This document shows, piece by piece, positions 30,372 through 40,268 of a stretch of 64,000 bases of DNA. Source of the DNA: Geopsychrobacteraceae bacterium (GTDB lineage: Bacteria > Desulfobacterota > Desulfuromonadia > Desulfuromonadales > Geopsychrobacteraceae); contig OY759353.1 in the NCBI GenBank assembly GCA_963662315.1, forward strand, positions 3,584,001-3,648,000. Direction: 5' to 3'. A program made the position numbers and the translations under genes. The notes under the pieces were generated by a model. It saw only the letters and a list, made by a program, of their open reading frames with translations, made no database searches and had not been told where the DNA came from. Position 1 is the stretch's first letter. Every line of letters starts with the position of its first letter.

Positions 30372-30475
30372 TTTCAAATCTGAAATTTCAGATTTCAGAT
30401 GGCTTATTGCTCTGCTTTAATAAGAGTTAACTGGCATATCGTATCTCAAATTTGAAATCTCATATCTGAAATCTC
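30372..30475. repeat. Heptanucleotide-repeat inverted element (TYTSARA-like units)
   Basis: TTTCAAA TCTGAAA TTTCAGA TTTCAGA ... TCTCAAA TTTGAAA TCTCATA TCTGAAA; arms are imperfect reverse complements; first 29 nt identical to 45878-45906. Confidence 0.85.
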
Positions 30476-30505
30476 CATCGCCTGCGGTGGAGGAAGGGAA
30501 AGAAC

Positions 30506-31000
30506 ATGGCAAAGGGACCTGAAAAAGAGACCGAAGAAGGCGGCGGCGGAAAAAAGAAGCTGATCATCATTATTGTCGCAGTTCTGGTGATCCTGATCGG
30601 AGGCGGGGCTGGTGCCTATTTCTTCTTTATGTCCGGTGGGGATGAAAAAATTTCTCCTGAGGAGGAGAAAGCCATGGCCGCAGAGCTGGCCAATCAGGTC
30701 GGGCCGATGGTGAACATTGATTCCTTTATCGTCAATATTCTCGATGATGAGGAGAGTCGCTACCTGAAAGCCGCCATTACGGTTGAGGTTGACAGTGAAG
30801 AAACGTCCATGGAATTGAACTCACGGATGCCCCAGGTCAAAGATGCGATTCTGCTTTTGATCGGCAATAAAACCTTTAATGAATTAAGCGACCTGCAGGG
30901 GAAGATTCAATTGCGGGCAGAGTTGATCAACCGGCTGAATAGTATTTTGACCAAGGGGAAGGTCAAACGCATTTATTTTACCGACTTTGTTGTCCAGTAA
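30506..31000 (+). CDS. fliL: Flagellar basal-body protein FliL
   Basis: KKKLIII..GGGAG TM, FIVNI...RYLK, IYFTDFVVQ. Confidence 0.95.
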   Translation: MAKGPEKETEEGGGGKKKLIIIIVAVLVILIGGGAGAYFFFMSGGDEKISPEEEKAMAAELANQVGPMVNIDSFIVNILDDEESRYLKAAITVEVDSEETSMELNSRMPQVKDAILLLIGNKTFNELSDLQGKIQLRAELINRLNSILTKGKVKRIYFTDFVVQ

Positions 31001-31012
31001 AGGCCAGCTTAC

Positions 31013-32041
31013 GTGGAAAAGATCCTCACAAAAGATGAAATAGCCGATCTGCTATCGGCTGTTCGCCACGGCGAGATCGATGTTGATGATATCGGTAGCG
31101 ATAGTGATAGTGGTGCGGGGGCTGCTCGTGGTAAAACGTCGCCCCGCGTAAAAACGTTAAAAGCCCGGGATTGCAATCTTTTCAGTGCTGATGGGCCTGA
31201 CAGCTGGCGCCTGAAAAACTACGATCTGATTCTTGACAGCTTTGCACGCAACTACGCTCTGTCCATGTCGACCCGCTTTCAGCGAGCGGTCCACATTAAG
31301 CTGGAAGTGATGGAATCAATGGTTTTTGAGGACCTGTTACAGCGCTTATCGGGGCGTGGAGCCATTGGGGTACTGCAGATCGAACCATTGACTGGTGGCG
31401 GATTATTGATTCTGGATGAGCAATTGTCCTTCTCCCTGGTAGAAATGGTCCTGGGCGGTAGTCCCGGCAACAATATGGTGATTCCCAATCGAGGGATGAG
31501 TGCCATTGAATTGAATGTCATGCGGGACGTCATCAATTCGGCCTGCCCCGAGCTGGTCAAAGGGTTTGCTCAGTTGGAGGAAATTCAGGCGTCATTGGTT
31601 GAAGTGGTCAGCAATCTGCGCCTACTTAATTTTGTCGCTGCTGAAGTTGGTGTTGTTTCAGCACGTTTTAAGGTCACTATCGATAATGTTGAAGGTAGTA
31701 TCTCTCTGGTTATTCCCCATACGACATTGGAGCCTTTGCAGAAGAAACAGCAGAGTAAAGCGGTGCCTGACAGTCTCCTTAAAGGCAGCAAGTGGCAGAA
31801 GCTGGTTTGCGATGAACTTGAGCAGATGAAGGTTGGGGTAGCGGCTCAGCTTGGAACGGTTTCTTTACGGGTAAGAGATATCCTCAACTTCCAGGTCGGG
31901 GATGTGGTTGAGCTCGATTTTAAGCCGGAGGCACCGTTGACTGTCATGGTTGAGCAACGTCCGAAATTTAAAGCGGTGGCAGGCGTACAGAATGGGAAAA
32001 AAGCAATACGAATACTGGGGCGGATTCCCCAGGGAGGATAG
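31013..32041 (+). CDS. fliM: Flagellar motor switch protein FliM
   Basis: ILTKDEIADLL CheY-binding peptide, VEMVLGG, C-terminal SpoA domain. Confidence 0.93.
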   Translation: MEKILTKDEIADLLSAVRHGEIDVDDIGSDSDSGAGAARGKTSPRVKTLKARDCNLFSADGPDSWRLKNYDLILDSFARNYALSMSTRFQRAVHIKLEVMESMVFEDLLQRLSGRGAIGVLQIEPLTGGGLLILDEQLSFSLVEMVLGGSPGNNMVIPNRGMSAIELNVMRDVINSACPELVKGFAQLEEIQASLVEVVSNLRLLNFVAAEVGVVSARFKVTIDNVEGSISLVIPHTTLEPLQKKQQSKAVPDSLLKGSKWQKLVCDELEQMKVGVAAQLGTVSLRVRDILNFQVGDVVELDFKPEAPLTVMVEQRPKFKAVAGVQNGKKAIRILGRIPQGG

Positions 32042-32044
32042 CAG

Positions 32045-32383
32045 ATGAGTGATGCAAATATGGATAATATCGAGGACATTCCGGTTCCTGCCCCGGAAGG
32101 AAAATCTGCCGGAGGCAAAAACGACCGCGGTATCGATCTATTGCTCGATATCCCGCTGGAAGTTGCTGTAGAGGTCGGTCGTTCACGGATTCTTGTTCGG
32201 GACCTGCTGCAGCTGCAGGAAGGATCGTTGATCGAGCTGGATAAACTGGCTGGCGAGCCCCTTGATCTGTACGTTAATTCACGGCTGATCGCGCGCGGTG
32301 AGGCGGTTATTGTCAACGACAAGTTCGGTCTGCGTCTGACGGATGTCGTTAGTCCGTCAGAGCGTATTGAAAAGCTGGGCTGA
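32045..32383 (+). CDS. fliN: Flagellar motor switch protein FliN
   Basis: LLDIPLEVAVEVGR...ELDKLAGEPLD...ARGEAVIVNDKFGLR. Confidence 0.96.
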   Translation: MSDANMDNIEDIPVPAPEGKSAGGKNDRGIDLLLDIPLEVAVEVGRSRILVRDLLQLQEGSLIELDKLAGEPLDLYVNSRLIARGEAVIVNDKFGLRLTDVVSPSERIEKLG

Positions 32384-32754
32384 TGATACGCGTTGTTATA
32401 GTGCTGCTGATCATGGCAGAACCGGTGCTGGCTGCTGAAAAGCTGGCGGAACCGAGTCTGCTTGGCTCTTCGCTAAAAATGGCTGCGGGTTTGATTCTTG
32501 TTATCGGCATTTTATTGATGTTTTACGCGGCCAGTAAAAAGGGTTTTCTGGTCTTGCCTCAGCGCAAAGACGGCTTGATTAAAGTGCTAGAGACGCGCCC
32601 GTTAGGCGGGCGGAAATATCTCTGTGTGGTTAAAGTTCGCGAGGAAGAACTGTTGTTGGGCTTAAGCCATGACCGTATTGAATGCTTAACCAGACTGCAG
32701 CCGGACAAGCGTTTCAGCGATCAGCTTCAACAACTTGAAGAGGACCGGTCATGA
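32383..32754 (+). CDS. fliO: Flagellar biosynthesis protein FliO/FliZ
   Basis: TM helix plus IKVLETRPLGGRKYLCVVKV..LLLG; between fliN and fliP. Confidence 0.85.
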   Translation: MIRVVIVLLIMAEPVLAAEKLAEPSLLGSSLKMAAGLILVIGILLMFYAASKKGFLVLPQRKDGLIKVLETRPLGGRKYLCVVKVREEELLLGLSHDRIECLTRLQPDKRFSDQLQQLEEDRS

Positions 32755-33488
32755 AACGGCTGCTGTTGCTTGCTGCATTTTTGCTGGCTCCGCTTCTGGC
32801 CCATGCCGCCCAGGGGTTACCGACGATTACCCTTGGCATCGGTCAAGCCACGGATCCGGCTGAAGTGTCGACGGCCCTGCAGATTCTCATTGTTCTGACT
32901 ATTTTGTCCGTTGCCCCGGCGATTTTGCTGATGACCACCGGTTTTACCCGGATTGTCATTGTCCTGTCGTTTGTCCGGCAGGCTTTGGGGACGCAACAGG
33001 CGCCATCAAACCAAATTATTATCGGCTTGTCCCTGTTTTTGACCTTCTTTGTCATGGCCCCGGTGTTTACCCAGATCAATGATAATGCCCTGCAGCCCTA
33101 CCTGGACAACAAAATCAACCAGGACGTTGCTCTGGATGAAGCAGTTAAGCCAATGCGCACCTTCATGTTTTCTCAGGTCAGCGAAAAAGATCTGCAGTTT
33201 CTGGTCGATATCTCCCGTTCTCCACAGCCGCAAAATCAGGATGATATTTCCCTATTGACCCTGATCCCCGCATTTATGCTGTCTGAATTGAAGCGCGCTT
33301 TCCAGATGGGTTTTTTGCTGTTTGTTCCGTTTCTGATGATTGATATGATTGTAGCGTCAATTCTGATGGCCATGGGGATGATGATGTTGCCACCGATTAT
33401 CGTGTCGCTGCCGTTCAAGATTCTATTGTTTGTGCTGGTGGATGGCTGGACTCTGGTCGTCGGGTCATTAATTCAGAGTTTTGGTTGA
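32751..33488 (+). CDS. fliP: Flagellar export protein FliP
   Basis: MTTGFTRIVIVL, PAFMLSELKRAFQMG, MGMMMLPP..SLPFKILLFVLVDGW. Confidence 0.97.
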   Translation: MKRLLLLAAFLLAPLLAHAAQGLPTITLGIGQATDPAEVSTALQILIVLTILSVAPAILLMTTGFTRIVIVLSFVRQALGTQQAPSNQIIIGLSLFLTFFVMAPVFTQINDNALQPYLDNKINQDVALDEAVKPMRTFMFSQVSEKDLQFLVDISRSPQPQNQDDISLLTLIPAFMLSELKRAFQMGFLLFVPFLMIDMIVASILMAMGMMMLPPIIVSLPFKILLFVLVDGWTLVVGSLIQSFG

Positions 33489-33521
33489 TGAGCATTCTGA
33501 TTATATTGGGGAGGCGGGAAT

Positions 33522-33791
33522 ATGACACCTGAATTCGTCATCGGCATCGGCCGCCAGGCCATTGAAACAACCCTGATGTGTGCTGCGCCCATGTTGATAA
33601 CAGCTTTGGTGATTGGGTTGGTTATCAGTATTTTTCAGGCGGCTACCCAGATCAATGAACAGACCATGACCTTTATTCCCAAAATTGTGGGGGTTTTCAT
33701 TACCCTGTTGATCTTTTCTCCATGGATTTTACAGAAAATATCAGCCTTTATTCATATGATTTTTGACCAGTTGCCCCTCGTCGGGCGCTAA
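33522..33791 (+). CDS. fliQ: Flagellar export protein FliQ
   Basis: GLVISIFQAATQINEQTMTFIPK. Confidence 0.97.
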   Translation: MTPEFVIGIGRQAIETTLMCAAPMLITALVIGLVISIFQAATQINEQTMTFIPKIVGVFITLLIFSPWILQKISAFIHMIFDQLPLVGR

Positions 33792-33803
33792 GAGAAAACA
33801 GTC

Positions 33804-34580
33804 ATGGACCTGCCTGAAATCTCGCTGCCACTGATTCAGGGTTTTCTGATCTGCCTTGCGCGTGTTGCGGCTGTTTTTGCAGGGATTCCTATTTTCAGTG
33901 GTAACCAGGTTCCGCCACAGATTCGTTTTGGTGTTGCCGTTCTCTTTGCTCTGCTGACTTACCCTGTGGTTAAAGATTATTTGCCACAACAATCCCTCAC
34001 TCCTCTTGCTCTTGCCGTGGTTATCGGTGCTGACATTATTCTGGGGCTGATCGTCGGTTTTTTGGCACAGCTGATTTTTATGGCGGCCGAATTTGCCGGT
34101 TCGCTTATCGGCTATAAGATGGGTTTTGCCGCGGCGAACGTTTTTGATCCGGTTAATCAGCAGCAGGTTGCCCTGATTTCAAGATTTCAGAGTATCTTTG
34201 CGGTTCTGATTTTTTTATCTCTGGATGTTCATCATCTGTTTCTGGAAGCTCTGGTCTCTTCCTTTGAAATGCTGCCACCCGGAACTCTCAATTTAAGAGG
34301 TGGTGCAATTCCCATGTTGGTCGAGGTCACAAATCACTCCCTTATCCTCAGCGTTAAATTAGTGGCGCCGCTTTTGGTGTTGTTGATCCTGTCTTCCTTG
34401 ATTCTCGGCGTCATGTCTCGGGTCTTTCCTCAACTGAATGTTTTTATGCTGTCCTTCCCCTTAAATATCGGTCTTGGGTTTATCGTCATGGGAATCACGC
34501 TCGGTGTCATGGCGAATATCCTTGAAAGTGAGTTTGCTTCGCTTTCGGAACGATTCTTGCGACTCTTCAGTTTATTTTAA
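33804..34580 (+). CDS. fliR: Flagellar export protein FliR
   Basis: Polytopic membrane protein; AGSLIGYKMGF..FDP, RVFPQLNVF..FP. Confidence 0.95.
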   Translation: MDLPEISLPLIQGFLICLARVAAVFAGIPIFSGNQVPPQIRFGVAVLFALLTYPVVKDYLPQQSLTPLALAVVIGADIILGLIVGFLAQLIFMAAEFAGSLIGYKMGFAAANVFDPVNQQQVALISRFQSIFAVLIFLSLDVHHLFLEALVSSFEMLPPGTLNLRGGAIPMLVEVTNHSLILSVKLVAPLLVLLILSSLILGVMSRVFPQLNVFMLSFPLNIGLGFIVMGITLGVMANILESEFASLSERFLRLFSLF

Positions 34581-34692
34581 GATCACTGCCAAAATATTGT
34601 CATTTTTCGGGATGGGTTGCCTCAGATCTGTTGTTTGAGCACAGGGCAAATTCTGTTAAATGACAGAACCTTGAAGACAAGGGACTGGTTAT

Positions 34693-35751
34693 ATGGCTGA
34701 AGAGTCCGGTCAGGAACGCACAGAACAGGCGACCGATAAGCGGCGCAAGGATTTCCGCGAAAAAGGCCAGGTTGCCCAGAGTAAAGAGGTGAGCACGGCG
34801 GCTTTATTGACAGCATCTCTCCTGCTGTGGGTATTCTATGTGGAACCGTTCTGGCTTGAACTGGAGCATATGTATCAGCGCTTCTTGCGCATGCTAAGTG
34901 ATTTTGAGGTCACTTCTGCCTCGGTTATGCAACTTGCGCTAAGTAACGGCTTGTTTATTGCCAAAATGCTGTGGCCAATCTTTCTTTTAACCTTGATTGT
35001 CGGTTTTTTTTCCTCGTTTGCCCAGGTCGGTCCTCTCTTCTCGGCCAAAGTTTTTCAGCCAGATATCAATAAGTTCAATCCCATCACCGGGATGGGGAAG
35101 TTCGTCTCAAAACGCGCTGCGGTTGAGCTCATCAAATCCTTGGCCAAAATTTCGTTGATTGGCTTTGTTGCCTATAAGACTGTTGCTGCAGAGTTTGACA
35201 GTGCTCTCAGTCTGACGATGGTCGATCTGCGCCAGACCCTTGTATTTCTGGGAGACGTGACATTTTTGGTGTTTGCTAAAAGCTGTGGAATCATCATCAT
35301 TCTCGCTATTATCGATTATGGCTTTGTCAAATATGAGATGGAAGAAAAGATGAAAATGACCAAGCAGGAGATCAAAGAGGAGCACAAGGATGTTGAGGGA
35401 AATCCACAACTTAAGTCGCGTATCCGCTCCATGCAGATGCAGATGGCCCGTAAACGGATGATGAGCGAAGTGCCCAAGGCCGATGTTATCATTACCAACC
35501 CGACCCACCTTTCTATTGCCCTGGCCTATCGGCGAGACGAGATGAGTGCTCCGCAGATTGTCGCCAAAGGAGCTGATCATTTAGCCTTTCGGATTCGTGA
35601 AATTGCCCGTGAACATCACGTTCCCATGGTTGAAAACAAGCCGGTGGCACGGGCTTTGTACAAGTACGAAGTAGGGGAGGAAATTCCCGAGGAAATGTTT
35701 ACTGCCGTAGCCGAGATTCTCGCCTACGTCTATGGTCTTAAAAAGAGATAA
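34693..35751 (+). CDS. flhB: Flagellar export protein FlhB
   Basis: ERTEQAT, EGNPQLKSR, NPTH autocleavage motif. Confidence 0.97.
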   Translation: MAEESGQERTEQATDKRRKDFREKGQVAQSKEVSTAALLTASLLLWVFYVEPFWLELEHMYQRFLRMLSDFEVTSASVMQLALSNGLFIAKMLWPIFLLTLIVGFFSSFAQVGPLFSAKVFQPDINKFNPITGMGKFVSKRAAVELIKSLAKISLIGFVAYKTVAAEFDSALSLTMVDLRQTLVFLGDVTFLVFAKSCGIIIILAIIDYGFVKYEMEEKMKMTKQEIKEEHKDVEGNPQLKSRIRSMQMQMARKRMMSEVPKADVIITNPTHLSIALAYRRDEMSAPQIVAKGADHLAFRIREIAREHHVPMVENKPVARALYKYEVGEEIPEEMFTAVAEILAYVYGLKKR

Positions 35752-35801
35752 CTTGCTGATAATAAAAATAAAAAGATAAATATCGCTTATTCTTAACATG
35801 A

Positions 35802-35837
35802 GCCAAAAGTTTGACATTTAGTGTCAATAATACTGAT
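35802..35837. promoter_or_regulatory. Pair of degenerate GTC-N8/9-GAC boxes upstream of flhA
   Basis: GCCAAAAGTTTGAC (35802-35815) and GTCAATAATACTGAT (35823-35837); same 14+15 bp order as at 14867/14906. Confidence 0.45.
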
Positions 35838-35852
35838 AAAGGTTGGATCTCT

Positions 35853-37943
35853 ATGGCTGCACTTGATGGAATTATGAATAACCGTTGGCGGGAATTATTG
35901 CTGCGCAGTGATATTTTTGTCGCATTCGGATTAGTATTGATTTTGATGTTGATGGTTCTGCCATTGCCGCCAGTGCTGCTCGATCTTTTCCTGGCCATGA
36001 ACATCACCATCGGCTTGCTGATCCTGATTATCGCCCTGTATACCTCAAGAGCCCTTGATTTCGCGGTTTTTCCCAGTGTGTTGCTGATTACCACTCTGTT
36101 CCGGCTGTCACTGAACGTCGCATCTACACGCTTGATCCTGCTCCATGGTGATGAAGGGCCATCGGCGGCGGGTTCGGTTATCCAGTCCTTCGGTCAGTTC
36201 GTGGTTGGCGGTAACTATGTGGTCGGTATCGTCATTTTCGTCATCCTGGTCATCATCAACTTTATGGTTATTACCAAGGGTGCCGGGCGCGTTGCCGAGG
36301 TTGCCGCTCGTTTTACCTTGGATGCCATGCCTGGTAAGCAGATGGCTATTGACGCCGATCTGAATGCCGGCTTGATCAACGATGAAGAGGCCCGGACTCG
36401 GCGTAAAGAGATTGCTTCCGAGTCCGATTTTTACGGGGCCATGGACGGTGCCAGCAAGTTTGTCAAAGGGGATGCCATCGCCGGTATCATCATTACCCTG
36501 ATCAATATCGGTGCCGGGTTTGTTATTGGTGTCATGCAAAAAGGGATGCCGATGGTCGAAGCGGCCGCCAACTACACGATTCTGACCGTTGGCGATGGTC
36601 TGGTCGGGCAGATTCCTGCCCTGATCATTTCAACCGGAGCCGGCATCATGGTCACCCGGACTGCCGGGGATGACAACTTCGGCACCGAAATGAAGCGCCA
36701 GTTCACCGTGCATCCCCAGGCGTTGTGGGTGGTCAGTGTGATTTTGCTGATATTTGCCCTGATCCCGGGGCTGCCACACTTCCCCTTCTTTGTGCTGTCC
36801 TTGACCGTGGGCTATATCGCCTGGCGGGTCCAGAAAACGCGTGAGCAAGAAGTCAGACGGCCGGTTACCGAGGCTCCGCCGGCACCCCGGCAGATCGAAG
36901 AGGAAAACTATGAAAAAATGCTCAGCGTCGACCTGCTGGAAATGGAGGTTGGCTATGGCCTGATTCCATTGGTTGACACGGCCCAGAACGGTGAATTGTT
37001 GCCGCGTATCAAGTCGATCCGCAAGCAGTTTGCCCTCGATTTCGGGTTTATCGTGCCGCCGGTGCATATCAAGGATAACCTGCAGCTCAAACCGAATGAA
37101 TATTCCCTCCTGCTCAAAGGGGTGGCCATTGGTGGTGGCGAATTGCTCCCCGGTCATTTCCTGGCTATGAATCCGGGGACGGCGACGGAAACCATCAAGG
37201 GAATTGAAACGGTTGAGCCAGCCTTTAACCTGCCGGCGGTGTGGATTTCCGAGGATAAGAAGGAACGGGCCCAGATCTCCGGTTATACCGTGGTTGACAA
37301 CACCACCGTGGTTGCTACCCACCTGAGTGAGCTGATCAAAAAGCACGGCCATGAACTTCTCGGTCGTCAAGAGGTGCAGAACCTTCTCGATAATCTGGCC
37401 AAGGATTATCCGAAGCTGGTTGAGGAGCTGGTCCCCAACATGCTGAGCCTTGGCGTGGTGATGCGCGTTCTGCAGAATCTCCTGCGTGAAGGGGTTTCTG
37501 TCCGTGACCTGAGAACTATTTTAGAAACATTGGCAGACTGGGCACCGGTATTGCATGATCCAGATCAACTGACTGAACATGTGCGGTCCATGATGGCTCG
37601 CTCGATCAGCAGCAGCTACAGTAATGATGGAAAGGTGCTAGAAGTAATGACTTTTGACCGGAACGTTGAGACAAGGATCCAGGATGCGCTGCAGAGCACG
37701 GATCAGGGCACTTACCTGGCCCTCGACCCTGGCTTCGCCCAGGCCCTGATCAACAGTCTTAACAAAGCGGTACAGAAAGCCGCCGGCGCAACTCCGGTGC
37801 TGCTGTGTACGCCAACAATCCGACTCCATGTCAAAAGGTTGACTGAGCGTTACCTCCCGGGTTTGGCAATTATTTCACACAATGAGATTGCTCCTCATCT
37901 GAAGGTGCGGTCGATAGGAACGGTGACTGTCAATGTTGGTTAA
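35853..37943 (+). CDS. flhA: Flagellar export protein FlhA
   Basis: RVAEVAARFTLDAMPGKQMAIDADL, FYGAMDGASKFVKGDA; start 35853 or 35874. Confidence 0.97.
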   Translation: MAALDGIMNNRWRELLLRSDIFVAFGLVLILMLMVLPLPPVLLDLFLAMNITIGLLILIIALYTSRALDFAVFPSVLLITTLFRLSLNVASTRLILLHGDEGPSAAGSVIQSFGQFVVGGNYVVGIVIFVILVIINFMVITKGAGRVAEVAARFTLDAMPGKQMAIDADLNAGLINDEEARTRRKEIASESDFYGAMDGASKFVKGDAIAGIIITLINIGAGFVIGVMQKGMPMVEAAANYTILTVGDGLVGQIPALIISTGAGIMVTRTAGDDNFGTEMKRQFTVHPQALWVVSVILLIFALIPGLPHFPFFVLSLTVGYIAWRVQKTREQEVRRPVTEAPPAPRQIEEENYEKMLSVDLLEMEVGYGLIPLVDTAQNGELLPRIKSIRKQFALDFGFIVPPVHIKDNLQLKPNEYSLLLKGVAIGGGELLPGHFLAMNPGTATETIKGIETVEPAFNLPAVWISEDKKERAQISGYTVVDNTTVVATHLSELIKKHGHELLGRQEVQNLLDNLAKDYPKLVEELVPNMLSLGVVMRVLQNLLREGVSVRDLRTILETLADWAPVLHDPDQLTEHVRSMMARSISSSYSNDGKVLEVMTFDRNVETRIQDALQSTDQGTYLALDPGFAQALINSLNKAVQKAAGATPVLLCTPTIRLHVKRLTERYLPGLAIISHNEIAPHLKVRSIGTVTVNVG

Positions 37944-39372
37944 AAAATTCGAAGCAGAAAATATGACGGCAGCTTTGCAGCTGGTAAAAGATACCCTTGG
38001 CTCGGACGCATTGATCCTGTCCACCAGAACTCTCAGCCGTAAGGGGCTTGGGGTACTTGGCAAGCAGGTGGTCGAAGTGACTGCCGCCATCGAGTCACCG
38101 GCAATGAAAAACAACCTGCGCAAGGCTGTCCCTGCAAACGATGTGCTGCCTGAGCCGGTACGTGCTGCCTTTGGAAAATTTTCGACCGGGCATAATCAAC
38201 GTGTCGAAACCCTGGAAGACGAAGTCGTGTCGATTTCCCGACAGGCGGTCAGTCGCAGCCAGAAGGTTGAGTTGCGGGATAATCCCCTTGAAGCTGAAGT
38301 CCGTCAGTTACGGGCCCAGCTCGAAGCACAGAATGTCGGGCGACTGCAGGCCGAAATCGAAGAGCTGAAAGCCCTGATGAAACAACTGACCGCGTTTAAC
38401 CCGGTTGTTGCCCCCGCAGCACCCTCCGCTGCTGTGCCGCAAGCAGAAGAGCGTTTCGTATTTCCCGAAGAGCCCACTGCATCGCTTCTGGAAACTATTA
38501 AACCGGTCATTAAAAAAGTGGAGCCACGCCCTGCACCGGTCACACGCTTTAAGGATGCTGTTGAACAAAACCTCGACGATTTGTCCGCCATGCTGGTGGA
38601 ATGTGGTATCGATGCCGAAGCGGCAGCAACCATCGCCCGTTTTGCCGAGCCACAAATGAATTCAAGCCAGCGTCATAATCCCGACGCTTGTCGGCGCTTT
38701 CTGGCCCGTACCGTGGCCGGACTGGTACAGACTACCGGGCGCCTGTGGCAGTCCGGCCAACCACAAAAACGTGTCGCACTGCTGGGCGCAACCGGGGTCG
38801 GTAAAACGACGTCCATCGCCAAACTGGCAGCTGAAGCGATTACCGAAAGTGGCGCCCGGGTCGCCCTGGTCACCATCGATACCTACCGCATCGCTGCTGT
38901 TGAGCAACTGAAAATCTACGGTGAGATCATGGGTATCCCGGTTGATGTGGTTCTGTCCCCCGATCAGCTGCAGGAAGCTTTCCGCCGTCATGCCGACAAG
39001 GATCTGATCCTGATCGATACGGCCGGACGCAGCCCGCAGGACAGCCTGCGTATTGCAGAGCTGAACGAATTTCTCGGCGCCGGAGCCGGAGTAGAAAACT
39101 GCCTGGTGCTGCCGGCGACCACAGAAGAGCGCCTGTTGCAAAAGACCTATGAAGCATTCAGCGCATTACCCTTGTCCCGACTGATCTTTACCAAGCTGGA
39201 TGAAACCGATCGTTGCGGGTCTCTTATCAATATCTCGACCCGCAATAATTTGCCCCTGGCCTACCTGACCAATGGTCAGCGGGTGCCGGAAGATCTGCTT
39301 CTGGCCGAACCACAGAACGTTGCTGACCTGGTCATGGGTGCAGCAGAAGAAACACGGAGGATGGCAGTATGA
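37933..39372 (+). CDS. flhF: Flagellar biosynthesis SRP-like GTPase FlhF
   Basis: GATGVGKTT, DTYRIAA, DTAG, TKLDE, GQRVPED. Confidence 0.96.
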   Translation: MLVKKFEAENMTAALQLVKDTLGSDALILSTRTLSRKGLGVLGKQVVEVTAAIESPAMKNNLRKAVPANDVLPEPVRAAFGKFSTGHNQRVETLEDEVVSISRQAVSRSQKVELRDNPLEAEVRQLRAQLEAQNVGRLQAEIEELKALMKQLTAFNPVVAPAAPSAAVPQAEERFVFPEEPTASLLETIKPVIKKVEPRPAPVTRFKDAVEQNLDDLSAMLVECGIDAEAAATIARFAEPQMNSSQRHNPDACRRFLARTVAGLVQTTGRLWQSGQPQKRVALLGATGVGKTTSIAKLAAEAITESGARVALVTIDTYRIAAVEQLKIYGEIMGIPVDVVLSPDQLQEAFRRHADKDLILIDTAGRSPQDSLRIAELNEFLGAGAGVENCLVLPATTEERLLQKTYEAFSALPLSRLIFTKLDETDRCGSLINISTRNNLPLAYLTNGQRVPEDLLLAEPQNVADLVMGAAEETRRMAV

Positions 39373-40268
39373 TGAGTAGCGCCACGGATCAGGCCGGAAC
39401 TTTGCGCACGATGCGCGACCAGATGGATCAGACTGCCCGTACCCTGCAGCTGCCGGCCACCAGAGTATTGTCAATTACCAGCGGCAAAGGGGGGGTCGGT
39501 AAGACCGCCGTTGTGTCAAATGTTGCTGTGACCCTGGCAAAACAGGGGAAAAAGGTTTTGATTATCGATGCTGACCTGGGGTTGGCCAATGTCGATGTCG
39601 TGCTGGGACTGGCCCCGCCTTACAACCTGAACCATTTCTTCAATGGTGAGCGCACCCTTGAAGAGATCATAGTTGAAGGTCCCCACGGGCTCAAGGTTCT
39701 GCCAGCCGGATCGGGCGTACAGCAGTTTACTCGCCTCGATTCGCAGCTGAAGATGCGCCTTATCGATGCCCTCGATGCCCTTCATGAGCACTTCGACGTG
39801 GTGTTGATCGACACCGAGGCTGGCATCTCTGACAACGTGACCTATTTCAACGTGGCCGCTCAGGATATCCTGGTGGTCACCTCTCCCGAGCCGACGGCGA
39901 TTACCGATGCTTACGCCCTGATGAAGCTGTTGTCAACGCAGTATCATCAGAAGCGTTTTCTGCTGGCAGTCAATTCGGTGCGCAATGCAGACGAAGGACT
40001 CGATGTCTTCGAAAAGCTGACCATGGTGTCAGGGCGCTATCTTGACATTTTCATCGATTACCTCGGCTGTATTCCCTATGACAAAAAAATGCACGATTCG
40101 GTGCGTCAGCAGCAGGTCATGGTCGACCTTTATCCCGACCATAAAGTGGCCAAATCGTTTGTCGAACTGGCGGAGACCCTGCTGGAAACACCGATCAATA
40201 ATCAGGCTCAAGGAACCCTGCAGTTTTTCTGGAAGCAGTTTCTTGGCGTCGGTTCGGAGGCAAGTTGA
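39369..40268 (+). CDS. flhG: MinD-like flagellar number regulator FlhG/FleN
   Basis: SGKGGVGKT, DADLGLAN, PEPTAITDAYA; follows flhF. Confidence 0.95.
   Translation: MMSSATDQAGTLRTMRDQMDQTARTLQLPATRVLSITSGKGGVGKTAVVSNVAVTLAKQGKKVLIIDADLGLANVDVVLGLAPPYNLNHFFNGERTLEEIIVEGPHGLKVLPAGSGVQQFTRLDSQLKMRLIDALDALHEHFDVVLIDTEAGISDNVTYFNVAAQDILVVTSPEPTAITDAYALMKLLSTQYHQKRFLLAVNSVRNADEGLDVFEKLTMVSGRYLDIFIDYLGCIPYDKKMHDSVRQQQVMVDLYPDHKVAKSFVELAETLLETPINNQAQGTLQFFWKQFLGVGSEAS

Noticed and set aside
30372..30475. Repeat-spacer-repeat pattern as a mini CRISPR array
   Set aside because: The arms are inverted heptamer arrays rather than direct repeats with unique spacers, and no cas genes are present.
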